Positions 1-9,447 of a DNA stretch of 64,000 bases are shown one piece after another (within the stretch, counting starts at the first letter, position 1; each line of letters opens with the position of its first letter). The position numbers and the translations under genes were made by a program. The notes beneath the pieces are model-generated. The model was given only the letters and a program-made list of their open reading frames with translations. It was not told where the DNA came from and ran no database searches. Origin of the DNA: Terriglobia bacterium (GTDB lineage: Bacteria > Acidobacteriota > Terriglobia > JAJPHL01 > JAPKYU01); contig CBDCVK010000010.1 in the NCBI GenBank assembly GCA_965223005.1, positions 1,606,324 to 1,670,323 of the forward strand, read 5' to 3'.

Positions 1-1914
1 GACACCCCGCCCAAGGGCAAGCTCTGGTTGGACGGGGCCACCAAGGAAACGCTGATCGAACGCTGGAACCAGATCATCCGCGACTACGACCTGGAGGTTC
101 ATGCCGGCGACGGACTGAAAAGCATCAACCGCCACAAGGACGGCAGCTTCACACTGCATACGGAGCAGGGAAAACAGTACCAGGCCCAGCGGATCGTCCT
201 GGCCACCGGACAGCGGGGCAACCCCCGCCGGTTGGGAGTTCCCGGCGAGGACGAAGAGCGAGTCTATCACCGCCTCTTTAGTCCGAAGCTGTACCATGAC
301 GAGCAGATCCTGATAGTCGGCGGCGGCAACTCGGCGGCCGAAGCGGCCCTCACCCTGAGCGAGCGCAACCAGGTCACTCTCAGCTACCGCGGCGAGCAGT
401 TCTATCGGCTCTTCAAGGACAATGAGCGCCTGCTCCAGGAAGCCATTGCTGCCGGACGCCTCCGGCCTATCTTGAGCTCCAACGTCACCGAGTTTGGGGA
501 GCAGGAGGCCACTCTTAAAATCGAGAAAGACGGCAAGACAACCAACGAAAAAGTTTCTTACGACCATGCCTTTGTGTTGGCTGGCTCGGAATTTCCCGGG
601 CAATTCTTGAAGTCGTTGGGGCTAAGGCTGGAGAACGAGTGGTCGGGCAGCCTGGGAAGCTCGGCCGCTCTGGTGCTGGCCACCCTGCTGGGGTTGTGGG
701 TCATGGGCGGCCAGGCTTCGCTGGAGGTGGCGCGGCAAATGCCCCGCTGGCTCGGCGGTCTGGTGGCGCTGGGCGCGTTCGGCACCTTGCTGGCGACTGC
801 TGTGCGGGGCCAGCGCTGGTCGTGGCTGGGCTTTTCCTTCCTCGGCTTCTACTCGCTGTACGGCATCAAGGCTGGCCCGGACCAGGAATTCTGGCCCTAC
901 ACCGGCTGGGCCTATCAACTGTTCAACTTCGGCAACCGCCCGGTGCAGTTTTGGTACTCGGTGCTCTATACCGTGGTGATGACCTTCTTTGGCTTGCAGG
1001 CACTGAAGCGCTGGGGCCTGGATCGCCAGGACAAGTTCCAGATCTGGCGCTTCTCCAGCCTGATTGGTTTCCAATGGGTCTTCTTTTTCCTGGTGCCGGA
1101 GTTCCTGTTCCAGTGGGCCATCCGCTACCAATGGATAGGTGAGCGGCTGGCCAGCGACCCCACCTTTGCCGAGCAGGGCTGGCGCAGCTACGGCATCGTT
1201 TATGCCTGGCCGCTGTTCTTCTACACCTTTTTCTACAATCCGCACCAGCTCTGGGTGATCTGGGGCGTGTTGCTGGCTTTCGGCATCATCCCGTTGATGG
1301 TCGTCTGGCACGGCAAGCGGTACTGCTCCTGGATCTGCGGCTGTGGTGGTCTGGCCGAAACCTTGGGGGACCGCTGGCGCCATCTGGCGCCGAAGGGCAA
1401 AACCAGCCTGCGCTGGGAGAAGATGAACCTGCTGGTGTTCGCTGCGGCCGTAGTGATCACCGCGATGATGCTGGGGCGCGATGTGGTGGAAGCGTTCAAC
1501 AAGCCCGCCCAGCAGGGCATCCACATCTACCGGATAGTCGCCGATATCTGGCTGGTGGGCATCCTCCCGTTGACGCTCTATCCCTTCCTGGGCGGGAAAA
1601 TCTGGTGTCGTTACTGGTGTCCGCTGGCCAAGATGATGGAGTTCTTTAGCCGCGCCTACGAGCGGCTCGGCATCAGCCGGTACCGCATTGCCTCCAACGA
1701 AAAATGCATCGCCTGCGGCGAGTGTACCCGCAACTGCCTGGTGGGAATTGACGTGATGCGCTTTGCCCTTAAGCAGGAGTCCATTACCAACGCTAACTCC
1801 AGCTGCATCGGCTGCGGCATCTGCGTCACCGTCTGCCCGATGGACGTCCTCAGCTTCGGTCTCGCGCCGCCCAAGTCCGGCTTGGTGCAAATCGGCAAAG
1901 CCATTTCGGCTTGA
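1..1914 (+). CDS. Fusion of a TrxB/YpdA-like FAD/NAD(P) oxidoreductase domain, a polytopic NapH/RdxA-like membrane domain and a 2x[4Fe-4S] ferredoxin domain (5' end lies outside the window)
   Basis: Frame is open from base 1. Motifs: LATG and GGGNSA (NAD(P) binding), many hydrophobic helices, YCSWICGCG and WCRYWCP, and C-terminal CIACGECTRNC and CIGCGICVTVCP. Confidence 0.85.
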   Translation, partial: DTPPKGKLWLDGATKETLIERWNQIIRDYDLEVHAGDGLKSINRHKDGSFTLHTEQGKQYQAQRIVLATGQRGNPRRLGVPGEDEERVYHRLFSPKLYHDEQILIVGGGNSAAEAALTLSERNQVTLSYRGEQFYRLFKDNERLLQEAIAAGRLRPILSSNVTEFGEQEATLKIEKDGKTTNEKVSYDHAFVLAGSEFPGQFLKSLGLRLENEWSGSLGSSAALVLATLLGLWVMGGQASLEVARQMPRWLGGLVALGAFGTLLATAVRGQRWSWLGFSFLGFYSLYGIKAGPDQEFWPYTGWAYQLFNFGNRPVQFWYSVLYTVVMTFFGLQALKRWGLDRQDKFQIWRFSSLIGFQWVFFFLVPEFLFQWAIRYQWIGERLASDPTFAEQGWRSYGIVYAWPLFFYTFFYNPHQLWVIWGVLLAFGIIPLMVVWHGKRYCSWICGCGGLAETLGDRWRHLAPKGKTSLRWEKMNLLVFAAAVVITAMMLGRDVVEAFNKPAQQGIHIYRIVADIWLVGILPLTLYPFLGGKIWCRYWCPLAKMMEFFSRAYERLGISRYRIASNEKCIACGECTRNCLVGIDVMRFALKQESITNANSSCIGCGICVTVCPMDVLSFGLAPPKSGLVQIGKAISA

Positions 1915-1958
1915 CCCGGCGTGCACCTTCCCTGGGGTGGCTGCATCTATTGCAATAT

Positions 1959-2864
1959 ATGCGGGTACTTGCCTTACTCGTTTTCCTGACGTTAACTCTC
2001 GCAGGAGATGGATGGGCCAACGGTTTTGACCATACGACGTTGGACCGGGTGTTGAAGGGGTATGTGAACGAGATCGGCGAGGTCGACTACGCCGGTCTGA
2101 AGAAGAATCCCGCCGAGCTGGACCGCTATGTGGAGATGCTGGCCGCGACCAGCCCGGCCAACCGCCCGCATCTTTTTCCCACCCGCGACGATCGGCTCGC
2201 CTACTGGCTGAACGCCTATAATGCGTTTGTGCTGAAAGCGGTCTCGGCTGCCTACCCGGTGAACAGTGTGCGCGATATGGGGTTCCTCTACAGCTTTTTC
2301 TGGCGGCGAAAGTTTCTGGCCGGCGGCCAGCAGATGACGCTGACGCATCTGGAAAACCAGATGATTCGCAGGCGATTCGGCGATCCGCGTATTCACTTCG
2401 CCCTGGTCTGTGCCTCCCTGAGTTGCCCCTTGCTGCCGCGTGAGGCTTTCACTGGCCCCGCGCTCCAGGAGCAGTTGGAGCGAGCCGCCCGCCTGTTCAT
2501 TAACCAAAAGCGGAACCTCACGATGGACACGACCGCGAACCGAGTCTACCTGTCGGGGCTGTACAACCTGAGCGACTACGAAAAGGATTTTCTTCAGCAC
2601 CTTCGCAAGCGGAACCCCGACCGCAAGGTCACCCTGCTCGACTATATCCTCCCGTATCTAACCCCCAACCGCAAGGTCACCCTGCTCGACTATATCCTCC
2701 CGTATCTAACCCCCAGGAACTTGCAAGCACTGAATTTCCTGAGGAACCCCAAGATCGAATTCCTCCGCTACGACTGGTCCATCAATGACCCGGGCTCGCG
2801 TGCCCGCGCCGGTGCGGTTCAAGAACGAGAGCTGGCCAGAGGGAGCCCACGACGACGACGGTAG
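1959..2864 (+). CDS. DUF547-family exported protein
   Basis: Signal-like MRVLALLVFLTLTLAG from ATG 1959. Family motifs VDYAGLK, LAYWLNAYNA, DPRIHFALVCASLSCP and YDWSIN. Confidence 0.85.
   Translation: MRVLALLVFLTLTLAGDGWANGFDHTTLDRVLKGYVNEIGEVDYAGLKKNPAELDRYVEMLAATSPANRPHLFPTRDDRLAYWLNAYNAFVLKAVSAAYPVNSVRDMGFLYSFFWRRKFLAGGQQMTLTHLENQMIRRRFGDPRIHFALVCASLSCPLLPREAFTGPALQEQLERAARLFINQKRNLTMDTTANRVYLSGLYNLSDYEKDFLQHLRKRNPDRKVTLLDYILPYLTPNRKVTLLDYILPYLTPRNLQALNFLRNPKIEFLRYDWSINDPGSRARAGAVQERELARGSPRRRR
2620..2715. repeat. Perfect 48-bp tandem duplication (2 copies), in frame within the DUF547 gene
   Basis: accgcaaggtcaccctgctcgactatatcctcccgtatctaaccccca occurs at 2620-2667 and 2668-2715, so RKVTLLDYILPYLTP appears twice. 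Confidence 0.95.
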
Positions 2865-3030
2865 CCCACTACGGCGATGAAGTGTGTCGCTGTCAGACGG
2901 CAGCGTGGTGCCGGTGCGTTGCGCCCCAGCGGTCTTCTCCATTTCACGGTTCGGACTTCGCCCTGGAATATGGCAGAATAGAACGCGTCTTGTGGGCACA
3001 AATTCAGCTTCTGCGTGTGGCGAGGCTTCC

Positions 3031-4026
3031 TTGACTCAATCGCGGACGAAAATCACCTCCCTGGGAGTCTACGTTCCTCCCCGAGTGCTGACGAATGCTG
3101 ACCTGGAACAGATGGTGAATACGACCGAGCAGTGGATCCTGGAGCGAACGGGAATTCACACGCGGCACTTGGTCAGTGACGGAATGGCCACTTCCGACAT
3201 GGCGGTGGAAGCGGCCCGTACGGCGCTGGCAGCGCGCGGCCTGGATCCGCGGGACGTGGAAGTGATTCTGGTCGCCACCGTGACCCCCGATATGTTGTTC
3301 CCGGCCACCGCCTGCTTGGTCCAGGACAAGCTCGGGGCGCGCGGCGCCTGGGGGTTCGATCTGTCAGCCGCCTGCTCCGGCTTCCTCTACGCGCTGATCG
3401 TGGGCACCCAATTTATTGCCAACGGGGCGCACCGGCGCATCCTGGTCGTTGGCGCCGACACCATGTCCAGCATCGTTGATTACACCCACCGCGCCACCTG
3501 CGTGCTGTTCGGGGATGCCGCCGGCGCCGTGCTGTTGGAGCCGGCAGATGCCGGCGAGCAGGGCCTGATCGATTACCTGCACGAAATTGACGGCGCCGGC
3601 GGCGGCGCCTTGCACATGCCGGCCGGGGGCAGCCGTCGCCCGGCCAGCGAGGAAACCGTGCGCCAGCGCATGCACTACGTGCACCAGGACGGACGGCAGG
3701 TATTCAAATACGCAGTCCGCAAGATGTACGACATCTGCAAGGGGCTGTTGGACCGCAATGGGCTGACGGGGCGCGACGTCCGGGTCCTGGTTCCCCACCA
3801 GGCCAACCGGCGCATCATCGAGGCCACGGCTGAGCGCCTGGGTCTGGGGTGCGACCAGGTGATCATCAACATTGATGAGTACGGCAACACAACCGCCGCC
3901 ACCATTCCTCTGGCACTGGCCACGGCTGTGCAGGCCGGAAAACTCAACAAGGGGGATCTGGTGCTGCTGACGGCCGTGGGGGCAGGATATACGGCGGGAG
4001 CGGCCCTGCTGCGCTGGACGATTTGA
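3031..4026 (+). CDS. fabH: 3-oxoacyl-ACP synthase III
   Basis: Catalytic motifs AACSGF, PHQAN and YGNT, plus WILERTGI. Probable TTG start at 3031. Confidence 0.95.
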   Translation: MTQSRTKITSLGVYVPPRVLTNADLEQMVNTTEQWILERTGIHTRHLVSDGMATSDMAVEAARTALAARGLDPRDVEVILVATVTPDMLFPATACLVQDKLGARGAWGFDLSAACSGFLYALIVGTQFIANGAHRRILVVGADTMSSIVDYTHRATCVLFGDAAGAVLLEPADAGEQGLIDYLHEIDGAGGGALHMPAGGSRRPASEETVRQRMHYVHQDGRQVFKYAVRKMYDICKGLLDRNGLTGRDVRVLVPHQANRRIIEATAERLGLGCDQVIINIDEYGNTTAATIPLALATAVQAGKLNKGDLVLLTAVGAGYTAGAALLRWTI

Positions 4027-4076
4027 CGCAGCAGCCACCAGCGAGGAGGCTTGGCTTGGGCCGCTACTGCGAGCAT

Positions 4077-4709
4077 ATGACGAAGGCTTTGGCAACCCCG
4101 CTGCTCAGTGCCTTGCTGGCTTCTGTCTGCCTGGCGCAGGTAGTGACGCCGCGAGGGCACTTTGCTGCCATTTATGAGGCACCTGATCCAATCTCCCCCA
4201 TGGTGGCCGAAGTAGAGCCCACCGGCCGCTGGCGCCTGCAATTTACGGGTGCCAAGATTGCCGCGCGGCTGCCGAAGGAGTCCTCAGCCTTTCAGTTCGC
4301 CTTTTTGCTCCCGGGGCGCGACACTGGCAAAACGGTCCTGGCGCGGGTCCACATCCCGGGGAAGAAAGACCAGGGGTGGGTAGAGTCGGCGAAAGTGGAG
4401 GTATCCCCAGCGCGCTTCTGGAAGATTCCGACCGATACGCCGCTGTTTGCGCCCATGCGGGGCCGCGACCTGCCGCCACTGCGAGTGGCCCCCCTGCCCG
4501 CGGGTTTGCAGAATCGTCCCTGTTCCTATTTGCTTCTGGTGGATACGGAAGGAAAGGTAGCCAGCCTCCGCCCGATGGAAGACGCCACCGATCCTGCGTT
4601 GGAAGCTGCCCTACGGCAATTCCAGTTCGCCCCTGCGGTCGTCGAGGGCGAGCCCACCCACGTGCTGTTGGCTATCCGCGTTGAACCTCGCTCTCGGCCG
4701 CGCCGCTAG
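4077..4709 (+). CDS. Exported hypothetical protein with a TonB C-terminal-like domain
   Basis: Signal peptide from ATG 4077. The C-terminus (LLVDTEGKV...ALRQFQFAPAVVEGEP) resembles TonB_C. Confidence 0.55.
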   Translation: MTKALATPLLSALLASVCLAQVVTPRGHFAAIYEAPDPISPMVAEVEPTGRWRLQFTGAKIAARLPKESSAFQFAFLLPGRDTGKTVLARVHIPGKKDQGWVESAKVEVSPARFWKIPTDTPLFAPMRGRDLPPLRVAPLPAGLQNRPCSYLLLVDTEGKVASLRPMEDATDPALEAALRQFQFAPAVVEGEPTHVLLAIRVEPRSRPRR

Positions 4710-4760
4710 CGGTTGCCCCCCAGTCGAGGCTTCCGGCTCGACTGCGAGCCGGGGGTCAGT

Positions 4761-5993
4761 TTGAGTCTCTTAGAAAGGCTTTTGCAAACGGCAGCAGCGA
4801 GAAAACTCGTCGTCCTTACCGGCTTGCTTCTAGTAACCCTTATCGTAGGTTGCGGCTACGACCAGCAGGCTCCGCCGGCCCCAAAGGAGGCGTTCTCGGC
4901 AAAGAAGATAGACGCCACCGTGGGCGGCGAACCGGTCGTCGTATTGAACGCACCTAAGTCAGGCAATGGAGGGCTCCAAATACTGAAGGTCTACATCCTT
5001 CCAGGGCGCTCCATGAACATTTATCAAATGCAGGCTTACGTGCCGGGCAGGGGCACCTTCGAGATGTTCCAATCGCCTTCTCTTGAGGCCGTCAGGGAGA
5101 TCATGAACGGCGGCCCTCAGGACTCTCACGGAGAGCAATCATACCAAATGGGAGGTGCGTTTCTCCTTCCCTACGCAAATCGCATTCGCGGGAAATTCCT
5201 GCCTGATGAAAACCGCATCCAGGCCCGGATTCTGGACAAGGCCGTCAAGCTGCCGGCGACCGGCCAGGGTAAGGCGCCAGGAGCGGAGAAGTGTGCGGTG
5301 CACGGGCTGTTTCTGCGAAACCGCATGGATGAAGTTACATTGGAGTCCGGCCCGGGCGAGGCGAAGGTGACCGGGCGGCTCGACGCGGGAGACTTCCAGG
5401 GCCAGTGGTTGTCGAAGACTTTTCTCACTGTGACCGCAACTCTGCGGGCCGATTCCTTCGTGTTCTCGGTCACGGCAAAAAACATTGGCGACGAGCTGTT
5501 GCCGATGGGAGTCGCCTGGCATCCCTATTTCTTGTTCCCGAGCGGCAGGCGCGAGCAGGCGAGGCTGCACCTTCCGGTGCGAAGGCGGCTTCTGGTAAAC
5601 AATTACGACGATGTCTTTCCCACTGGGGAGGTCGCCGCCATTCAAAGCACGCCGTTCGATTTTTCTGAAGCCCAGGGCAAGGAACTCGGGCAGATGTACT
5701 TAGATGATTGCTTCGTAGGTCTGGTCAGGAATGCGGACGGCCACGCGGCCGCCTCTGTAGTCGATCCTTTAGCGAGCTACGGGGTTCGCGTCACTGCCCT
5801 GAGCCCCTCGATCCAGGTCTTTCAGGTAGCGGCGCCTACCGATGAGCCCATGATTGCAATCGAACCGCAGACACATTGGACCGACCCATTCAGCAAGATC
5901 TGGGGTCCCCAACAGGAACGCACCGGAATGGCGATTCTTCGTCCGGGCCAGTCGGTCACTTACGAAGTCGAGGTCAGGTTGTTCAAACCATAA
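4761..5993 (+). CDS. Aldose 1-epimerase (galactose mutarotase-like), probable lipoprotein
   Basis: Motifs PYANRI, VHG, WHPYF, LDDCF and IAIEP. Hydrophobic N-terminus ending IVGC (lipobox-like). Start uncertain (4713 or 4761). Confidence 0.85.
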   Translation: MSLLERLLQTAAARKLVVLTGLLLVTLIVGCGYDQQAPPAPKEAFSAKKIDATVGGEPVVVLNAPKSGNGGLQILKVYILPGRSMNIYQMQAYVPGRGTFEMFQSPSLEAVREIMNGGPQDSHGEQSYQMGGAFLLPYANRIRGKFLPDENRIQARILDKAVKLPATGQGKAPGAEKCAVHGLFLRNRMDEVTLESGPGEAKVTGRLDAGDFQGQWLSKTFLTVTATLRADSFVFSVTAKNIGDELLPMGVAWHPYFLFPSGRREQARLHLPVRRRLLVNNYDDVFPTGEVAAIQSTPFDFSEAQGKELGQMYLDDCFVGLVRNADGHAAASVVDPLASYGVRVTALSPSIQVFQVAAPTDEPMIAIEPQTHWTDPFSKIWGPQQERTGMAILRPGQSVTYEVEVRLFKP

Positions 5994-5998
5994 TCGTT

Positions 5999-7227
5999 GG
6001 TGGTCTCAACCCATCGACGCAACACTTTGCCTTGAAAGGAGGAGGTGGAGTGTATGCGGATGAAGCAAAGAGCTCGTCGCGGTTACACGCTGGCGGAACT
6101 GGAGGAGGTGTGGGATCGGTGGAAACGAGGGGAGTCGCTCAAGTCGATTGGACGAGTGTTTGGTAAGCAGCCATCGTCTGTTTACCATCAGCTTGCTCCG
6201 TACGGAGGCATCCGTCCTCGGCCACCACGCCGTTCATGTTGGGCACTGACGTTGTCGGAGCGCGAAGAGATCTCTGGAGGCATTGCGGCACATCAATCGA
6301 TACGATCCATCGCCGGGTTGCTGGGTCGCTCACCATCGACGGTGAGCCGGGAGATTCGGCGGAATGGCGGCGATAATGACTATCGAGCAGCGGAGGCCGA
6401 TGAGCAAGCCGGGGAGAGGGCCCGCCGGCCGAAGCGGTGTCAGCTGGTCAAGCATCCACAACTACGCCGGGTAGTGGCCAGAAAGCTCAGCATAAACTGG
6501 TCGCCTGAGCAGATCGCCAGCTGGCTGAAACGAGCCTATCCGAAGGATCCGTCCTATCACGTGTCTCACGAGACCATCTACCGCAGCCTGTTTGTTCAAG
6601 CCCGCGGTGCGCTGAAGGCAGAGCTGATGCAGCATCTGCGGTCAAAGCGGACGATTCTTCGATCCCGACATGCAAGTCTGAGAGGCCATGGACGAGGACA
6701 GATCACCGACATCGTATCGATCCGTGAGCGCCCGGCCTCGGTCGAAGATCGTGCCGTGCCCGGTCATTGGGAAGGCGATCTGCTGTCCGGATCGAAGAAC
6801 AGCCACATTGCGACTCTGGTCGAACGTCATACGCGCTACGTGATGCTTACGAAAGTATCCAGCAAGAAAACGGAGACGGTCGTGTCGGCGCTCATCAAGC
6901 ACGCGAAGAAGCTGCCGACGGAACTGTACAAATCTCTGACTTGGGATCGAGGCCTGGAGCTCGCCGAGCATCGACGGTTCACGTTGGCGACCGACATTGA
7001 CGTATACTTCTGTGATCCTCAGAGTCCATGGCAGCGCGGTTCGAATGAGAACACCAACGGTCTACTCCGACAGTACTTCCCCAAGGGAACGGACTTGTCG
7101 GTGCACTCTCAGGCGCATCTGAACAAGGTGGCACGTCAGCTGAACGAACGGCCCCGTCAGACGCTGGAGTTTGAAACTCCGGCAGAACGATTTAACGCTT
7201 GTGTTGCATCGACCGGTTGAGCTGGCA
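5999..7227 (+). mobile_element. IS30-family insertion sequence
   Basis: Imperfect terminal inverted repeats: ctcaacccatcgacgcaacac (6005-6025) versus gtgttgcatcgaccggttgag (7201-7221), flanking the transposase. Confidence 0.9.
6045..7220 (+). CDS. IS30-family transposase
   Basis: HTH (RSPSTVSREI), WSPEQI, SHETIY, and DDE motifs GHWEGD, LTWDRG and PWQRGSNENTNGLLRQYFPK. Confidence 0.97.
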   Translation: MECMRMKQRARRGYTLAELEEVWDRWKRGESLKSIGRVFGKQPSSVYHQLAPYGGIRPRPPRRSCWALTLSEREEISGGIAAHQSIRSIAGLLGRSPSTVSREIRRNGGDNDYRAAEADEQAGERARRPKRCQLVKHPQLRRVVARKLSINWSPEQIASWLKRAYPKDPSYHVSHETIYRSLFVQARGALKAELMQHLRSKRTILRSRHASLRGHGRGQITDIVSIRERPASVEDRAVPGHWEGDLLSGSKNSHIATLVERHTRYVMLTKVSSKKTETVVSALIKHAKKLPTELYKSLTWDRGLELAEHRRFTLATDIDVYFCDPQSPWQRGSNENTNGLLRQYFPKGTDLSVHSQAHLNKVARQLNERPRQTLEFETPAERFNACVASTG

Positions 7228-7646
7228 ACCCTTAACTTATAGGAGCCGGGTGGCAAGGAAACCTTAGAATGACCGACGCTATAAAACTGGTCAGTCCCTG
7301 TATAGGGGTTCTCGACCTTCTTGGAGAGCAGGGCTACCGCCCGTTCCAAAGTCAACCGTGCGGGTTCCTCCTGGGCCATATCGCAATCGCCATCAACAGG
7401 CAATGCATCCTCCGCGATGTAGCCGTGGCCTTCCTTGTCCAGTAGTTCAACCCGGGCCGGAGTAGGCTGCCCAGAGTCGGCATCCGCAATGGTCAATTTC
7501 AGTGTTCCAGGTTTGGGGTTGCTTTGCGCAAAACCCAAAGGAGAATTCTTGAGAACAAGGATTATTCCAGTCAGAATGAGCAAACCCATGAAGGTTTGGA
7601 AAAACCGTGAGGCCGTATGACCATTAGTTCTTCTTACTTTGTTCAT
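7228..7646 (-). pseudogene. 5' fragment of an exported protein (CehA/McbA metallohydrolase-like N-terminus) truncated by IS30
   Basis: TM/signal segment, then GTLKLTIADADSGQPTPARV...VSLPPGSYKLRV, running directly into the IS30 right end. Confidence 0.6.
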
Positions 7647-7761
7647 CGCCCAAAACCTTTCTAGCTTGCCTCGCTGGGGAACCGGAAATTGGTATCCGTT
7701 AATACGACTTGGGAATCCACGATTCCAGTGACAACTTTCCTGAAATCTTTCCGGGGACTCC

Positions 7762-9087
7762 TCAGGCTGCGGTTGGTTTCCAGCGGATCAGGCACCCTCC
7801 TTTGGCCGGATAGTTCCCGTATGCGGTCAGAATGTGCCCATCGTCCAGCAACGTTGAGTAAAGGTGTCCGCAGGTTATTGCCCAGGGCGTCCCGTCCGCA
7901 AACTCAAAGTCATCCAGCAGGTAGCGGTGTCCCATATCCCAGGTCTGTCCGTTATCCCGGCTGATGACCGCCCCGCAACCTCGACGGTAACTGGCCAATC
8001 GGCCGCCTTGAACATCCTGCCGCATGATGTGGGTCAACACGATAACCCCGTTCGGCATGAGCAACAGGTGTCCATGCTGTCGTCCCGACTCGTAGAGCAC
8101 CTGGGGCGCAGACCAGGTCTTGCCCTCGTCCTTGGAGATGGAAATCGCGGTCCCGCAGAGATTGTCATTCACGGTGTGCAGCAGTGGGGGTGGAATATGG
8201 GTTCTTAGGGACGCGACTAGCCAACCGTTAGCCGACCGCACGAAGGAGCTTTCTCCCACGCTCCGCGTGTAGCTCTTCCCCTGGTATTCCTCCTGCCAGC
8301 GCCATTCCTTCGGCACGGTTTCATTGGTCCAAGTACGCCCTCCGTCACGGGACCAACGCAGAAAACAGAACGATGGGCCCCCCGGCCAATCACCTTCCTT
8401 GAAGTTCCATCCCCCCGCGGCGATCCTCGTCGCCACCCCCTTCGCATCCCGGTCGACCAACGGGTTGCCTTCGCCATGGAAGAGTCCACCATTCGGCGGG
8501 GGCTGCAGAGGTTTCCGCTCGGGCCAGGTGCGTCCGTAATCGCTGCTGAAATATTGCATGGGGCGCTTTGGAATCTGGGTGTGAAATCTCAGGTTACCCT
8601 TACCCAGATAGGTCAACATCACCGGGCGACTGACCGCATTTTCAATGCGCTTTAGCTTCGTCCACGATTCCCCCCGGTCACGGCTGAAAGCGATGGCAGG
8701 TCTTTCGATCCTCTTTTCCCCGCTGGCTTCCACTCCTCGGAGGCCCCACTCGCCTTGATTCTCACATCCTATGAGGACAACCTCACCGTTGTCCATTTGG
8801 GCCACGCCGAAGGGGCAGAACGACTTGAACTTGGGGTCGTTGTAGGCGAGCTTGCCATTATCCCAATGGAGCAGCTGAATCTCAGCAGGTCGTAGAACCC
8901 ACCCTCCCTTGCCATCGGCTTGCTTCATCCAGTGCGGCTTGAAGCCAAGGTGTCCTTGGTCCTCCCCTGAGCCTGTTGCAGAGCTGGCCGGATTTGGTAC
9001 GGGAGAGGAACGCAAGGACTTGGACCTGAGAGGTGACAGGACCGTCAGGGCTCCTGCTTGTTTTAGAAAGGCACGTCGGTTTTTCAC
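7762..9087 (-). CDS. Tat-exported BNR/Asp-box (sialidase-like) beta-propeller protein
   Basis: Twin-arginine signal NRRAFLK. Five Asp-boxes: SRDRGESW, SSDYGRTW, SRDGGRTW, SKDEGKTW, SRDNGQTW. RBS ggagg upstream. Confidence 0.85.
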   Translation of the reverse strand: MKNRRAFLKQAGALTVLSPLRSKSLRSSPVPNPASSATGSGEDQGHLGFKPHWMKQADGKGGWVLRPAEIQLLHWDNGKLAYNDPKFKSFCPFGVAQMDNGEVVLIGCENQGEWGLRGVEASGEKRIERPAIAFSRDRGESWTKLKRIENAVSRPVMLTYLGKGNLRFHTQIPKRPMQYFSSDYGRTWPERKPLQPPPNGGLFHGEGNPLVDRDAKGVATRIAAGGWNFKEGDWPGGPSFCFLRWSRDGGRTWTNETVPKEWRWQEEYQGKSYTRSVGESSFVRSANGWLVASLRTHIPPPLLHTVNDNLCGTAISISKDEGKTWSAPQVLYESGRQHGHLLLMPNGVIVLTHIMRQDVQGGRLASYRRGCGAVISRDNGQTWDMGHRYLLDDFEFADGTPWAITCGHLYSTLLDDGHILTAYGNYPAKGGCLIRWKPTAA

Positions 9088-9178
9088 GTTCTTAGCCTCC
9101 TAAGCGAAGGGGTTTTGGCGGACGCCCGTGCGGCTCAGCGGATCGTGGTCGCTCAATCCGGAAATCGGCAACCCGAGG

Positions 9179-9268
9179 TGGCGGAGGAGGAGGGATTCGA
9201 ACCCCCGACACCCTTTCGGGTGTGCTGGTTTTCAAGACCAGTGCCATCAACCGCTCGGCCACTCCTCC
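9179..9268 (-). tRNA. tRNA-Ser(TGA)
   Basis: Minus strand reads GGAGGAGTGGCCGAGCGG...CTGGTCTTGAAAACCAG, a long variable arm, GGTTCGAATCC, and ends CTCCTCCGCCA. Confidence 0.97.
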
Positions 9269-9447
9269 GCGGCTGCCACTAGAAGCGAGCTAGAGAGGCT
9301 TTGCCCTCCTTCTCGTCCCATGGTTTTCAAGGCTGGGGCAACATTGTCAAGTGTGACAGAACCGCAACCACGCTTCAACTGTCCCTGTACTTTCGGTGCC
9401 AGATTGCCATAGGATTCTGAAAACCAAGTGCCGGAGATTCATCTGCT

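Noticed and set aside
622-1926. 434-aa antisense ORF, and similar long antisense ORFs at 39025-40113, 44141-45403, 45874-46890 and 56481-57704
   Set aside because: These are shadow frames of well-supported high-GC genes, with no recognisable motifs.
9128-9412. 94-aa ORF
   Set aside because: It is the antisense reading of tRNA-Ser (the RRRRDSNP artefact).
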